In this document: piece after piece, positions 13,317 through 27,500 of the stretch
How the letters are laid out: each line of letters opens with the position of its first letter
Position numbering within the stretch: position 1 is the first letter of the stretch
Assembly: GCA_012026655.1 (NCBI GenBank)
Contig: JAAILG010000301.1
Span: 1 to 64,000 of the forward strand
Source: Hydrolagus affinis
Lineage: Eukaryota
Length of the DNA stretch: 64,000 bases
Reading direction: 5' to 3'
Made by a program: the position numbers and the translations under genes
The notes under the pieces: generated by a model
Told to the model about the DNA's origin: nothing
The model's input: the letters and a program-made list of their open reading frames with translations, nothing else
Databases searched by the model: none

Positions 13317-16315
13317 TAGTGAGTTTGGTGTACCACCAAGCATACCAAACAAAAAAGATTTTGAGCATGTAAGCCTTTGAGGTATGGTTACTTGTATTTT
13401 TAAAGGAAAAAAAACAAAAGTTGTTCAGTCTTTGTTGTATAATAGGAAAAGAAAGAAGATAAATTGGACCAACTCCTCACTCACACCAAACACTGTATGA
13501 AGGATGGTATTCAATCCAAGTTTTGTTCTAAGCACTGACAATTTAATCTAATTTAGTGTTCACCTTAGAAGTGCACATTGTTCATCTTAATTGAAAACTA
13601 GATTGGACCACCATTTTGTTTTGTTGGGATGAATATCAATAGAAATTGAGAATGTCATTCTCACTCAGTATTAATTTGAGCTCTATAGTTAAAACAAAGA
13701 AATGTATCAAATGAAATATTCAGCAGAGAGATAAGAATGTGAATTCATAGCTCTCAGAATAATAACTCAAATCAAGATGGTGGTACTACCTGAGTCCAAG
13801 AATTTTTATGAAACTCTTTATAAATTTTACGTCTAGTAATGGCTGGAGCATAGCAGTCTTAAATATTTTTACAGTTGTACTCATTACTGAACAATATTCA
13901 AGCTTTTACATAAAAAATGCCCAGTTTAAATGATCTCAACCAACTGGACACAACCATACCCTAACCGAATGTATGTTGCTTTATCTCTATCAATACATCA
14001 ATAAGTGTAAACCATGTCTGTTTAGCCTCTTCACATTTTAACGTTTCTTTTTGGTAAGATAATTAATTGTATTGCACAAGAATATTTTAAGTCATACAGT
14101 ACTTTGTGGGAATAATTTGGGAGTTTCCACAAAATAGTTTGCTGATTTTGTAGCTCTGTTTTTGATCAGTTTTAAGGTGAAATCCAGTTATTTCAATTAA
14201 TGTTCTTTTGAACAAAATAGTTTTCAAATCACAGAACCACTGTATGTGGATAGTGCTGCAGTATACCTAGAAGATGCATTTAGATAGCATGAAGCAGGCA
14301 TATATTATATTGTCCCTCAGTCCCTGCATATGTTGGTTGGTAGAGTATGAAAGATGGTGGTTTTATTGGTTAAAGATATAATTTTTTTTAAGGTGTAATG
14401 TAGTAATAATAAATTCTGCACTTTAATTTGTTTTCTTTAGTACTGACAAAGTAAGATCATCTGAAACTAAGCTTCTAACCACTGGTTCAGTTTCCAATTT
14501 TGTTCTCCTCCAGGATTGCTTAAACGTTAAACATTAATGTGATCCTAATCAGATGACTACAGCAATAACACAGCATACATGCAGTAAATGCTTCTCGTAT
14601 GGGACTCTCAATATCAACATGGAGTTATTTCATACAGTAGCTCACTTTTTAAAATATGTGAGCAGTATTAGGCAAAAAAAATCATTTCTGTGAATTATTT
14701 ACAAAATGCGCGTTATCATTCATGAACAAGCATGTTCACACTGCAATTAAATGCAGTCCCCTGCAGGAAACACAATGTTGATAGCTTTCTCAGCCAATTC
14801 TACCAGCATCTTCATACGTCAGATTGCAGAAGCTCCCATGGTTTCAGTTCATGAGCTGTAATAAAAAAACTACTATGGTAATATTACATTAATGAAGCTA
14901 TTCCACCAATAGGGTAACCACTGTAATGTTAACCCTAAGCTTCTGGCAGTTTAAGCAAGTTTTAGGCTGCCATTTCCTGTTTTTAAATGAGTGATTCCAA
15001 TACAAAAGAGCTATATTTGAATGTGACTGTGATAACAAGGAATTCATTCTTAGTTTCCAATGTCTTTCACTAAAATGATCAGGTTTTTCCTGGCACTATT
15101 GATTTTATTGTGCATTCTTTTGCTTTTTAATTTATTAACATCAATTATCTTAGTGCACTATGGTCTTGTACTGATTCTAGTGAACAGAGAACTGAGCTGG
15201 TCGCTATGATCTTTAAATTATTAACATTGTGGTCACACCCGAGGTGTCCCAATCTTTTTCCCTCTCACATGCTTTAGTTGCACTGAGTCAAGCAAGTGAG
15301 CATGGAGGATAAGTCACTCGGAACTAGTATGAAAGACGATAGAAGAATGTTTACTGGTTGGCACATTCACATGAATGTACCTTTACAGGAATGTACATAT
15401 GTGAATATTTATCCATTTATTTTTAAACTAAATTGTTTCAGGAGATAACTGTTAAAAGCAGTCTTAGTTCTCCGTTTTGATGGTTCTTGAACAGATATAC
15501 TTGTAATAATTTCCCCCAAATTCTATGGATGTCACATTAGTCACTGTTTGGAAAAATAAATGTCAGATTTGAACAAAAAAGCTATACAGTACCTGTAATA
15601 AGGTGGTGTATCACTTTTTTTGCATGGTTTAGGTCCAGCTTCTTTATCCTGAAAATCCCCCCCTCCCCCATCCCTTCATGGTCCTCACAGGAATTTCACA
15701 ACCATTCTAGTTTACTCTTCAAATTAATGTCACATATAATAATTGATACAGGTGCCAAATATTATGGAATTTCTACTTGTGTGCCTTACTGTAACATCGT
15801 AAAATTAATCTCGTAGGCAAAAATATGATTTGTAATGTAGTTTTCCGTACTTTGTCGATGGACAAACCATTTCTTGGAGCACATGTATGCTTAAATCCAT
15901 TAGAGGCTGATTTCATTAACCCCAAAAGGGTAAACAGTATTAGTGTAGAATACATTGTACATCACCTATTCAATAGACATTTTCAGCTCTATTTGAGTTC
16001 CCAGCTAATGTTCCATCACAACCCATTTAAGGAATCTTGGTGCTTAATCCTTCCATTGGTCTAATTTTTTTTCAGTGCCTTGGGACATCCTCCTGACATG
16101 AAAGGCACTATACAAATGTAATTTTTTTTTAGCTTTAATTATCATTTGAATTATTAGTTTGAGGATTATTTGTGTGAAACATGGAATTCTTTAAACTGGC
16201 TTTTTCAAAGATGATCCAACAGCTTTCAAAGGCTGAACATCCTGAATATATTTTCTTATGTAAAACAACTTGGAATGAAAAAAAAGTGTACAGTATTGCC
16301 ATAATGCTAGAAATA

Positions 16316-16655
16316 AGTTATGGAGTAGGAAGAAAATATCTCCAGAAAACTCTAACCCAGAAAAGAGGATAATTGACTGACTGACGCAATACAGATTTTA
16401 TTCTAATTGCTGTATAGACGTAGTCAAGAACATAACTACTTTTTTTTTACTTTCACTTACCACCATTCCTGCTGAAATTCGGCCAATTCAGGGTAGGCCA
16501 GGGATCAAGCCTGTTTTTAGATGAGTGATACAAATGTAAAATAGGTAGATTTGAATGTGAATAATTACAAGAAATCAATTCTTAATTTCCCAATGTAGAT
16601 TGCCCTTTGTGCGGTTTCAAACCATATTATGCCATTAAGTGATCCTTCTGTGAAT
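16316..16655 (+). repeat. Left arm of ~340-bp inverted duplication
   Basis: Reverse complement of 19076-19425, about 95% identical by hand alignment. Confidence 0.95.
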
Positions 16656-16835
16656 GATTTTCTGATGACTCGTAAATTTAATAAAGTAGTAATATTTTTA
16701 GTATTGTTTTACAGACAGTTGCTATATAGCTGGTAATAGAAATAAATCGAAGTTGTTGTTGTAGAAATAATGTCATCCTCAAATCGATTAACTTTAGAGT
16801 TTCATTTAGTTTCTTTTATTTCACATTACTTTCTT

Positions 16836-17117
16836 AATAATAATAATCCTTGCATTTGATATAGTGTCTTATCACGTCTTCTAGACGTCTCAAAGGGCTT
16901 CACAGAATTACTATAAAGTGAATTGACTATATTTGTGGGCAAAACGTGGCAGCCAATTGTGCACAGCAGTGTCCCCACAAACAGTTGTGGATTGAAGTGA
17001 CCAATTTTTTTTGAGGGATTATTATCAGGTGTGTGTGGAGTAAGAAAACTTGCCCAAGGGTTTGCCCTGACCTGACGGAAATCGAAACCCGGTCTCTTGC
17101 TTACAAGGCGAGCGCTC
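16836..17117 (-). mobile_element. tRNA-derived SINE
   Basis: Reverse-complement copy of the family, slightly 5'-truncated. Confidence 0.9.
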
Positions 17118-17691
17118 TTTTCATACTGTTTTCTTAAAAACATTAGCTGATCAGTACTGTATAGTTCCTGCAAGGAAAATAAATGGCGTAGAATGCATAT
17201 TTATTTAAGTTTGTAAAATTTTGTCTGGAGAAATTTGCTGGCAGAATTGTTTTGAGTGAAATTGCAACTTTGTTTTCTTCCTACCCAATATTGCATAGCT
17301 GAGATTGCAACAAGGCTTTAGCAGAGTTTACTAAGAGATTGGCCTGTTTTGGTGAATGGCCTGTTTTGGTGAAAGAACTATGACCTCTCTTTTATGCTTA
17401 CTCTCAAAAGCTTGGGAGATGTGGGAAGCAGCCCATGCTGGACTGTATTGCTTTGCATATGCAGGGATTTGATGCATCTAAGTGCTACTTGTAACAAATT
17501 CTAGCTTTGCAACAAAAATTGGATCACAGAGTTACCTCTTTATTTTTAACCAATGAACTTCTGTATTGCTGAGCAACATGGTTTTTTTTAAACTAACTTT
17601 AGGCTTTCTAATTACATTGTTTTTTTTATAATTGCACTGTTTTGATATGTAAAGCTTCAACTAGATTATTTTCTTGTTTTACTTTATTTAG

Positions 17692-17805
17692 ACATTCAAG
17701 TCTGTAGTGGAAAAGACTGTGGTTCGTGTGTTCATTGCAATAGAATTCTTCGTGGATAAGCAGCTGATTTTTGTGACTGGGGATAGTGCCTTCCAGCTCT
17801 ACCAG
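17692..17805 (+). CDS. JMJD1C: JMJD1C exon 3
   Basis: ttatttag|ACA...CAG|gtagga; 114 nt, phase 0/0; TFKSVVEKTVVRVFIAIEFFVDKQLIFVTGDSAFQLYQ; not in ORF track. Confidence 0.93.
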
Positions 17806-18353
17806 GTAGGATAAACGATTGTGAAATTCAATTCTTCATGACTTATTTTTACTGCTTACAAATGTTATGTCTAATCAGTAATTGTCTAATGTTGTAATTG
17901 TCCTACCAAAGGCTAATGGCATAGAGCAAAAACGGGCCTTTTTTTAGTTCCAAACGCAGAAGATTTTCATGAAAACAAAATGATATTCCATTTTTTTTTG
18001 GTCATCTTACCTTTGTGGACTTTTATAATGTCCTCATCTTTGCAAACAACATCTGTAATGTCACAGTTTAGCCTGACTGTATCCTCACTCTAGGGCACAA
18101 ACACACCTACGTTAAAGTAAAAGTCACTAGATAACAATTTTGGTGATCTCCCCCACCATCCCACATTTACTATGTTATGTGAATGCTGAGACCAACAATT
18201 GTAGTGCCCTAACTGTTGCCTAGGTTGAAATCAGGTAAGTTAGTAATAGTCAAGATTCATATCTGTGATCTTTTAATTTGTGCGGCCTAGTAACCAAGGG
18301 TGCTTTTAGCCATGAGGCCATTATGGAGGGCTAAAAGTCAGCTCAGTGTAGTA

Positions 18354-18817
18354 CAGGTAGACCATGCTTAACGTCGCCTTGGTTAACGTTTTTTCGTTAT
18401 TACGTTGCTGATACATGGGACGTTGCGACGTTTGCTATTACGTCGTTTGCCAGCGCATGGAAAGAGGGCACGACAGCGCCAGGACCTGGGAGTGAGCCAG
18501 GCCAGCAACGAGAGAGCAAGCCAGTCGGCAGCGAGTGAGACCAGCAAGTGAGTGAGACCAGCCAGGCCGGCAGCGAGTGAGACCAGCAGCGAGTGAGTGA
18601 GCTGGGCAGGCAGTCAGGGAGCGAGTGAGTGAGCCGTGGGGGCAGTCAGGGAGCAAGTATAATTTTTTAAAAGGAAATTTTAATGAAAAATGTCCAAAAG
18701 AACCTAACTCCAATTTTTACATTCATTCTTATGGGAAAAATGTATTCGCTTAACGTTGTTTCGCTTAAAGTCGCACTTTTCAAGAATCAAAGAACAATGT
18801 TAAGCGGGGTCTACCTG
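18354..18817. mobile_element. Tc1/mariner-pogo type MITE with internal minisatellite
   Basis: TA|CAGGTAGACCATGCTTAAC...GTTAAGCGGGGTCTACCTG|TA terminal inverted repeats; internal (agcgagtgagaccagc)-like repeats. Confidence 0.88.
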
Positions 18818-19075
18818 TACATGGTTTGCTTTTGCCAACAACAACAAAATTATATTTGTATAGCGCCTTTCACATTTGAAGGACAACCCAATGCGCGGAA
18901 TAAACAATATTTCGGACCCGAGCTGGGGGTAGAGATCGTGGAGGATAGGGTGGGGGGGAAATATTGGCCTCTTACTCTTAACAGCACAGCATGACATTGG
19001 CATACAGTGTTCCAAGCTGCCCAAACAGGTTGGTCTTCAATCTTCCATTAATTTTTTCATAACATTGGTGCACCT

Positions 19076-19425
19076 ATTCACAGAAGGATCACTTAATGGC
19101 ATAATATGGTTTGAAACCACACAAAGGGCAGTCTACATTGGGAAATTAAGAATTGATTTCTTGTTATTATTCACATTCAAATCTACCTATTTTACATTTG
19201 TATCACTCATTTAAAAACAGGCTTGATCCCTGGCCTACCCTGAATTGGCTGAATTTCAGCAGGAATGGTGGTAAATGAGGTTTTAAAAAAAAGTAGCTGT
19301 GTTCTTGACTACGTCTATACAGCAATTAGAATAAAATCGGTCTGGTCTGTATTGCGTCAGTCAGTCAATTATCCTCTTTTCTGGGTTAGAGTTTTCTGGA
19401 GATATTTTCTTCCTACTCCATAACT
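19076..19425 (-). repeat. Right arm of ~340-bp inverted duplication
   Basis: Reverse complement of 16316-16655 with a 9-nt insertion. Confidence 0.95.
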
Positions 19426-20359
19426 AGATATAGGTATGATTGCTTTCATTCTTTGACAATGACAACAAATTGCATTTACATGGCGCTTTTTCATACCAGG
19501 AACAGTTGTTCATTCCGCATTTTTAAAGTTGCTGGAAAGTGCTTCTTGTTTTTCTCTCTCTGAACTGATTTTGGTCAGTCTGGCTGATCTATGATCATTG
19601 CATGAGCTATAAAGCCATGTTCTGAATTATTAACAATAATAATCCTTGTATTTGATAGAGCACTTTGTCACGTTGTTAAGATATCTCAAAGCCCTCAAAG
19701 TCAATCCACTTTATAATGTAAAGTGGATTAACTATTTTGTGGGCATTCTGCCCACAAATTAAAATTCATAATCTTGCATTTGATATAGTGCCTTATCACA
19801 ATGTCAATATCTCAGATAAAAGAAGATTACTGTATCAAACCCAGGCATTCTATTTTATATGCACTAGGGTGTACACTACCTTTTTTTTGATCTCTGGAGT
19901 TTTACCAATTCTGTATGTAACAGCTGGGAGTATCTTATCATTTGTAACAACTGCAATCTTCAGAAAGCAAGTGCCTAATTAGTTTGATGGATATATCTCA
20001 TTTAATTAAGGAAAGATAAATCTGCAAACCTGTTATTTTAATAGTAAAGCTATGAAACTGGTGGAATGATTGTCTGTTTACATTTCTAAAGGGAACTGAG
20101 TTTTGTTACATTTAGTGGAAAGGTTATGCATTTGAGTTGAGCAGGAGGTATTGAATTGGCTTCTAGCCAACAGAGCTGAAAGCCTGCCAAAAGGTAAAAG
20201 CGAAGGACAAAACAGACGTGATGGATTTTTTTTAAAAAAGAGTAAGATACATAATACAAACCACAACAGCAGTCGGTAACTCCTTCAATGGCTCTTTTAA
20301 AAGGGATTATTTCCAAAGTATTAATATGCTAAAATAAGATTTTATTTTGCAGTCAAACA

Positions 20360-21112
20360 CAGTAAAAGCCCGTTTATCCGGCACCATGGGACCTGGCCAC
20401 TGCCAGTTAAAGTGCCTGCCGAATATTCGGGCGGCCTGCGGCTGCAAACCCACAACAAATTTTTTTTAAGTTCTTTTAACACACACCATACACACCAGAC
20501 TAAACAATAACAGATAATACGGAATATTGTATTGGTACTTATTGTTAAAACTACTCTCTTGCGCTTCTCACCTTTACTGATTGAGGTTTACAGTCCAGCG
20601 ATTCGTTTTTAAATGGAGGACGCCAAGTGGGTGAAAAAAACGGCAGCGTAATTTTAAAGTCTCGCAACTTTACTAGCAGCAAGCCAATAGCCCTAGACTC
20701 TGATAGCCCTAAACTCCGATAGCCCTAGATTCTACTAGCGGCAAACTGAAATACTGCATCTGCGCGACAATGTGGGTTATTGGCTAGCATTATCGGCTTG
20801 CCACTAGTATGGCTTTAAATTCACGCTCATTTTTTTCACCCGCTTGGCGTGCTCCATTTTAAAAAGAATCGCTGGACTATAAACCTCAACCGCATCATCA
20901 TGGCTTCAAGTGCAGCATCTACTAGTAAAGGTGAGAAGCACAAGAGAGTAGTTTTAACAGTAAGTACCAATACAATATTCTGTTATTATTTATGCATTTA
21001 CAAATGCTCCACTGCTATTGTTCCGGATAAGTTTCGGTTTAACGAATGGCGACTTTTTTTTGGCGTGCCAGTTATATGGAAGTGCCGGTTCATCGAGTCA
21101 CGGATTCTACTG
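20360..21112 (+). mobile_element. pogo/Tigger-type MITE, internally palindromic
   Basis: CAGTAAAAGCCCGTTTATCCGG...CTACTG|TA; near-full inverted copy at 42712-43444. Confidence 0.9.
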
Positions 21113-21296
21113 TACTTTGTTTTGAAATATATTAAAAAGGATTCTAAACATTACTGCATAAATACAATTTAGTTATATACTGTATTACGAAACTGAATTT
21201 AGGGGAGCACACTTAATATCATTCTACCACCTAATTTTGCCTGATGTTACCAGATATATGGTGTCCTGTGGATACAACAACAAAATTATATTTGTA

Positions 21297-21590
21297 GAGC
21301 TCAGTGGTTAGAGCACTCATCATACAAGCGAGAGACCTGTGTTCGATTCCATGCAGGGCAAAACCTTGGGCACGTTTCCTTACTCCACACCCCTGATAAT
21401 AATCCCTCAAGAAAAAAACAAAAACAATAATAAATTGGTCATTTCAATCCATGACTGCTGTGTTCAATTGGCTGTAGTGTTTTGCCCACATATATACAGT
21501 TAATTCATTTTACAGTATATTCTATGAAGCGCTTTGAGATGTCTAGAAGACGTGACTAACACTGTATCAAATGCAAGGATTATTATTATG
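21297..21590 (+). mobile_element. tRNA-derived SINE
   Basis: gctcagtggttagagcactc...atcaaatgcaaggattattatt. Confidence 0.9.
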
Positions 21591-24500
21591 TTGTTTGCCT
21601 TATTTGATGCTCATCCTTGACACTTATCAAACTTCACGGTGTCTGCCCGATTTTAGCATGTTTGCCAAACTGGTGGTTGTTTCTGTGAAAATCTTACTTC
21701 AATAAAAAAGCCACGGAAATGCTTTTTGGAGGTGACTTTCCATAAAGCGATTGAAAAGAACTGATGAAACATCCCTCCAAATAATTATGAATCCTGTAGT
21801 TTTATTTTCTTGTGGGTAAGTTCCTGACCTCCATTTGGCAGCTGCTTACAGTAGCATAATTGAAATCAGGAGTTCACATTGTGGGGATTTATATGCAGGT
21901 CCTCGTCTGACCATTCTGTATAGCATTTAAGATGTTTTGACTAACAAACAAGCTGGCACCCAAAACTGGCTTTGAGAATAATATACAGTGCAGATATGAA
22001 GGTTGTTGCTTTGATCCCTGATCTTTGTCGAGTTAGTGTGGCAGTAGGGGCACTATAGTTTCCGTCAATAATCTTGGACTAAGGAATCGGGTGGAAAAAG
22101 CCATAGTTCTTTATTGCTATTCACCACTTTTCAAAATTCTGCAAGTGTGGATGATTGTTGAAGGATTTATTTAGGCTTAGTTGTGATACCCAGATGGTTT
22201 AATAGCTGCTGATGCTGTGCATGCAAAGAATCCCCACTTGTGCTAGTTACTGCTGCAGCTGAGAAGCCATATCGTGCAATGAATTGCTGCGTTGTGGAGA
22301 GGGAGACATGGAGTGAAATGTTCATGGTGATGTTGAGCTTATTTACATGTGTCCTGATATATGAGAGTGGGTTTCTGGTTGTTCAGAAATTCTGCCTTCG
22401 GGACATCAGACTGGAAAAGATAAAACATGGTTGTAGCAACCACAGCAAATTAAAAATATATTTTAAAATTATTTGAATTACTTATTTGAATTACTTACTT
22501 ACTCACTCTTGAATGACCAAGAGCTTAGTTTCTCATGAAGAAATAACTGTCCTGCTGTCTGGGTTGATATACTGTATAACCACAAACTCTTAAGTATAAC
22601 GGTTAAATCAAATAGCCATCCAACTTCAAAGCTTTAGTATTTGTCCAAGCCTGTTGTGAAAATGTAGTTATAATTACTGCTGTGCTTTTAAACCACAGAA
22701 TTGGTGAAAGATCAAGGTGTTATATCAAATTCAAGGATTATTATTACTATTACTTGGTTTCTCTACAAGTAATTTGCCTCAGATTTGTCAGAAGTATATT
22801 CTAAAACAGCTTCTATTTTATTATTGGATACAATATACAGTTCTCACTTTAAAGTCTTAAACATTTTTATTTATTCTCTACATTATCAACACCCTTCAGG
22901 AATAAGCTGACCACATAGGACAACATTCCTTTAAAATAATTTAACATTAGTGACCTCTGATGTTGGAACATTATACACATGATCCTTTCTACTCCCATGT
23001 TTTATTAAGGGTGGAAGAACTCTGTCATTTTCTCCTTGACTGGAAAATGTTTGCTGTCATGCATTGCCCTTCTGTGTTTTTGGAAGAGTTTTGAAAGCCT
23101 TTCCTCTTATGTCATCATAAAACTGGATGAAAGCACTGCACACAAGATAGCTAGGCGTTCACATATGATCAGGCAGCTTACCTTGAACAGATGAGGTTGT
23201 TCAGAAATCTGTGGATTACCTCCTGTTACCATTTGTTTGGTCTCTCACCGGTCGATCATCACTCTTGTACTTTTTAGTTCAGGACTGTGTAAGTAGTTTT
23301 GCAAGCTGGATTGCTTGTCCTGCTAAAAACAGATGTTTCTGCATATACTGCACATTCTCCAATTCCACTGATTCCCAGGGTCCAGGTGTTTGGAGAATGT
23401 TCCAGCTCAAAGAATTAGAATTCCTATGTGGCAGATCTGAGTTGTTTTGTATAGCTGCCTTAGTATTTAAGAGATGAGACACTTCATGTTGTTTGGAAAC
23501 AATGTTTTAAACATCACAGGATAGTGCAATTTCATTCCCAAACCAATTACTGTAATAGTAATAATCCTTGAATTTGATGTAACCCTTATCAAGTCTTCGA
23601 GGTGTCACATAGCACTTCACAGAATATACAGTAAAGTCAGTTCACTATTTTGGGGGTGAAAAGTGATTCTGTAATGCTTTGGGCTGCTGGTGTCCAGTGT
23701 AACCATCGCACCAACCACACAGAAACGAGTGTTCTGTTTCAGTTGTTTTAGAGTTGTATTTGTCCATTTGTATTCCCAAATACTTGTTGATGACCAACCA
23801 ATGTATGTATGACTTTAGTGCATAGCTTGACATAAAGAACTAACAGCGTGTGTGTTTGCTACTCTCAGCCAGGATACATGGAAGGTAAAATAGACCCAGC
23901 CTTCCTAGTATTGGAGAGGGGAAAAACAGCCAGGGTTTCTTCTCTGGTTCCTACATATTACTTTCTATTAGTTGTGCAAATGTGGCAGCCAGGTGCAAAG
24001 AAGTTGGGCTTGGCTATGACTGCCCTCTAAACCTCACAGTTAAGGCTCATACATGAATTGTGTAGCAGGATATAGTCTAGTGCCTGTGGTCAGATTAAGA
24101 ACCATTGTGGAAAATATTTCAAAAAAAGAATTGGACACAATTTTTGAAAGAAAATTTAGCAAAACACAACATTATGCAAACACTGTCAGGTGCATCTCCT
24201 GGTATCTGCTACCTTTTTTTTTAGCTGTGGTGATCACAAGAACACAATTCAAACAGTATACAATCGCAATATCTCTGACATTGTTAAGTCCATTTATTAG
24301 ATGACAGAATGTCACTGCATGCTCAAGTGCCTATGTCTTTCCCAGGAAGTTCAGGCTAGCATTCTGAGAGTGAGAGACACAGCAAAAGTTGATTCAGAGT
24401 GTTGGTTCTTTCACTTACGAATGGTAATCCATTGCAAAGCAGTCGTTGTTTAAAACGGTAATTTTCCTGCTCATTGGCCAGAGGTGCAAGATTAACATCT

Positions 24501-27500
24501 AATTAGAAATGGTGTGCTCTCATTAAGATTTCATTGTCATCTGTACAGGTCAAAATGAATTATGTTTCTAATCTTCAAGTCCTTGCCTTGTGCATATGTT
24601 CCAGAATTCAAGTGTTGTTTATGTTAGGATGTATGGGAACAACTGGAGGAAAGTTCACAGCTGGGAACAATTTGAACCTGTGGTACTGTGCAAATCACAT
24701 GACCACTACTGTAAAGTTTCATGCAAAAATGGCAGAATTTAGAACATTTCATTATTTTGTTTCATGATGATTGACTAATATGTCCCTACTTCTTTGATGT
24801 GAGACCCCACTTCACTTCCTGATGTGTTTGTTCCTCTCATATTTGAGGAAGACTGAAATGTGAAAGTATTTTATGTGTATGTGACAGATTTCTTGCTGTG
24901 TTGTGTTCTAATTACAGTCTAATTTTGTTTGAAGAAAGTGTGGAATGCATCGTTGAAAACGATGCAGTAACAGTGGATGAATTAATGATTGCCTTCCAGG
25001 CTTTTCTCAAAGCATTAAATTTAAATTCTGCTCATACATCAGCTTCATGTAGTAAAAAGACTGAACTGTTTCTGATGAATTGTTTGAGGGGGAGGGGGAA
25101 AATTGGATATTTTTGGCAACTACTTCTCTCCATAGCTTTCATTATTGCTCTCAGTGGTATTTCCCAGTAATATGCTTCCTGTTTCAGCCAGGAATATGTG
25201 GTGCTTGGGGCTATGGAAGACTCTAGGGCCAGTGTCAATCTTGGTTTATAATCGGATGAAGAAATCTGCTTCTGTAGCGCAGTTGTGCCAGTTTCCCCCT
25301 CTCCCTGCAGGGATACCTTAACAGTGCCCAATGTTCAATGTGGCAATTGTGGTCAAAAACCCTATTGATGTCAAAGCTGTAAAATTCATATTTATTGCAA
25401 ATTTGTAGCTGACCTTTATAAAAGGTCTCTGTGTGAATATTGTGGGATTACAGTAGTTGTTCTGTTCATCTTTTGGAATATAAACTTGTGTATTTTTACC
25501 TTCGAGTTTACTCGAGTTGCTATGAAGGTTGTGTAAACAGCTGATGTAAATCTATTTTTGCCCCCAAGATGCTTTTTAACAAACTGCATTTTGCAGTTGA
25601 TTTGAAAGAAGAAATTGAATGCATGGTAGCTTTGGGCTTGCAGTACATGTTGTAAGACTGTTTTTGTACACAGGCTAAATGGATTTTGTTTGAGGTTATA
25701 AATCCAGTGAATTTATCAACTTCCAATAGGACAGATTGCCAAACAGTACCAGTCCATGCTGTCTTATGGGAAAAATGAGGTGGTCTCAAGTGCAGTACTA
25801 AATTTGCATAAACGTTCCAACTTTGGATTTGTTACAGATGTTACAGCTGTTCCAAATCTAATTGAACTGTTTACAGGCTGAAAATTAGTGCAATTTTAAT
25901 TCCAGTGATGACTACAAAATGCCTCCATGCTGGAATAAACAGTCTTTCCATGTTCAGTGAATTCAGATTGTATTATTGCAAATCACTTGATTGAAATCAG
26001 CCATATTTTGTTCAGTTACTTTTGACATGCTGTTGTTGCTACCACCATGTTTTGTCTGACTCTTGGTCTGAAGCAGATCTTTGCCAGTATGCCTAGCGGC
26101 TGGCTGCTCAACTGAATGTGAATTCTATTTTTAGCATAAGCACAATTCCATGCTGGAAACTCCATTTGTCAATTTTATGTTTGCTCTTTATCATCTTTTC
26201 ATTTTAATGTATTTTTAATGCAATGCAAAGATTTTCTATCAATGTTCACTATGATTTTATTTTTGTTTGTGAAGTTTGTAGCCATGTACCTCATTTTGTT
26301 TTGTATGATTCAAGTCAGATCAACTTAAACTTGTTGTTAATTTGTCAGTGTGTGAACTGATTTGTATTATAAAATCTCAACAGAAGTATTAGTCAACTGG
26401 TTACCTCATTGCTGATTAATGCAGAAATTGTTATGTTGTTATACAGCATTGCAATGTCAATCATAGCAAGGAATATTTGGATTTATATTCTTATTTTTGT
26501 CTGCTTTGTTGATTTGACATTGTTGAAATCTCAATAGGTTTCCTTCACAATCTATTCAAAATGCATATTGATGTACATTATCAGTCTGTGATATTTAATT
26601 TTCTAGAAAATGGACAAACTGAAGACTGTTTTGAGAACACTGATTTTTGAGTGGCAGAGCTGTGGTTTTGGATAGTTTATCCTATCCTATGGAAACAAAT
26701 CTTATTTTATCTGATGCATCTCATTTCGGTGTTTTTTGCATAGAAAGTCTGGGAGCATTATGCCAGAATCCTATTTATAACAGCTATGTGGTGCACACAC
26801 CAAAACTTTTTTTAAACCATTTGTTTTTCTTTGAAGAAGTACTAAGGCCTTCCAGACTACGATTTATAAAAGATGGGAACAGCAGATCCCATATCTGCCA
26901 TGGGAATTGAACCAGATCTTTTATGAATTTCGGGTCCATTTGGCTCAAAATTCCTGTCCTGGAAGATAACCCTACTGATTCAATTATTATCAGCTAGGAC
27001 CATTTCTGAAATATGCATTTAGAGTGTTACAACAGATTCAATATTTGTTCCTGCCACGTGTGCTTTCAAAGAAAGCCTGTCCTGAGACTTCTCCCAAGAT
27101 GTCCTTTTAGAAATACAATTGGTTATAGGAATCAACAATCTTTCTATGTACATCAAGGTTCACCTCTGTTTATAAAAAAAATTGATTTCACTGCAGTTTT
27201 TCTCTTTGTTCTCTTTACATAAACCCTGTATACTAGGGTATCCTTTTCATATCCTCTGGCGGCTCTAGATCCACGTCACACTATCCCTAAGCAGCATTAG
27301 GTCAGTTGACAACGGAAGTTAATCAAAACTTCAATCAGCTGTCGAGTCAAGATAACACAGGCCAGGTTATAGGTTATTTCCCACAGCACAATTTTTTCTC
27401 TATAGCAACAAGATGAGCTCAATTCAGCATAGTACCCTGAGGTGTTGGTAAGACTGCAAAGTACAACAGATTGCATATCTTTACTAACCATGAATGGGGT

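Noticed and set aside
18490-18655. Repeat array superficially like CRISPR
   Set aside because: Degenerate tandem units without unique spacers, in a vertebrate intron.
18438-18713. 91-aa ORF with repeated SLAAGLTRC units
   Set aside because: Translation of a minisatellite inside a MITE; no splice or homology support.
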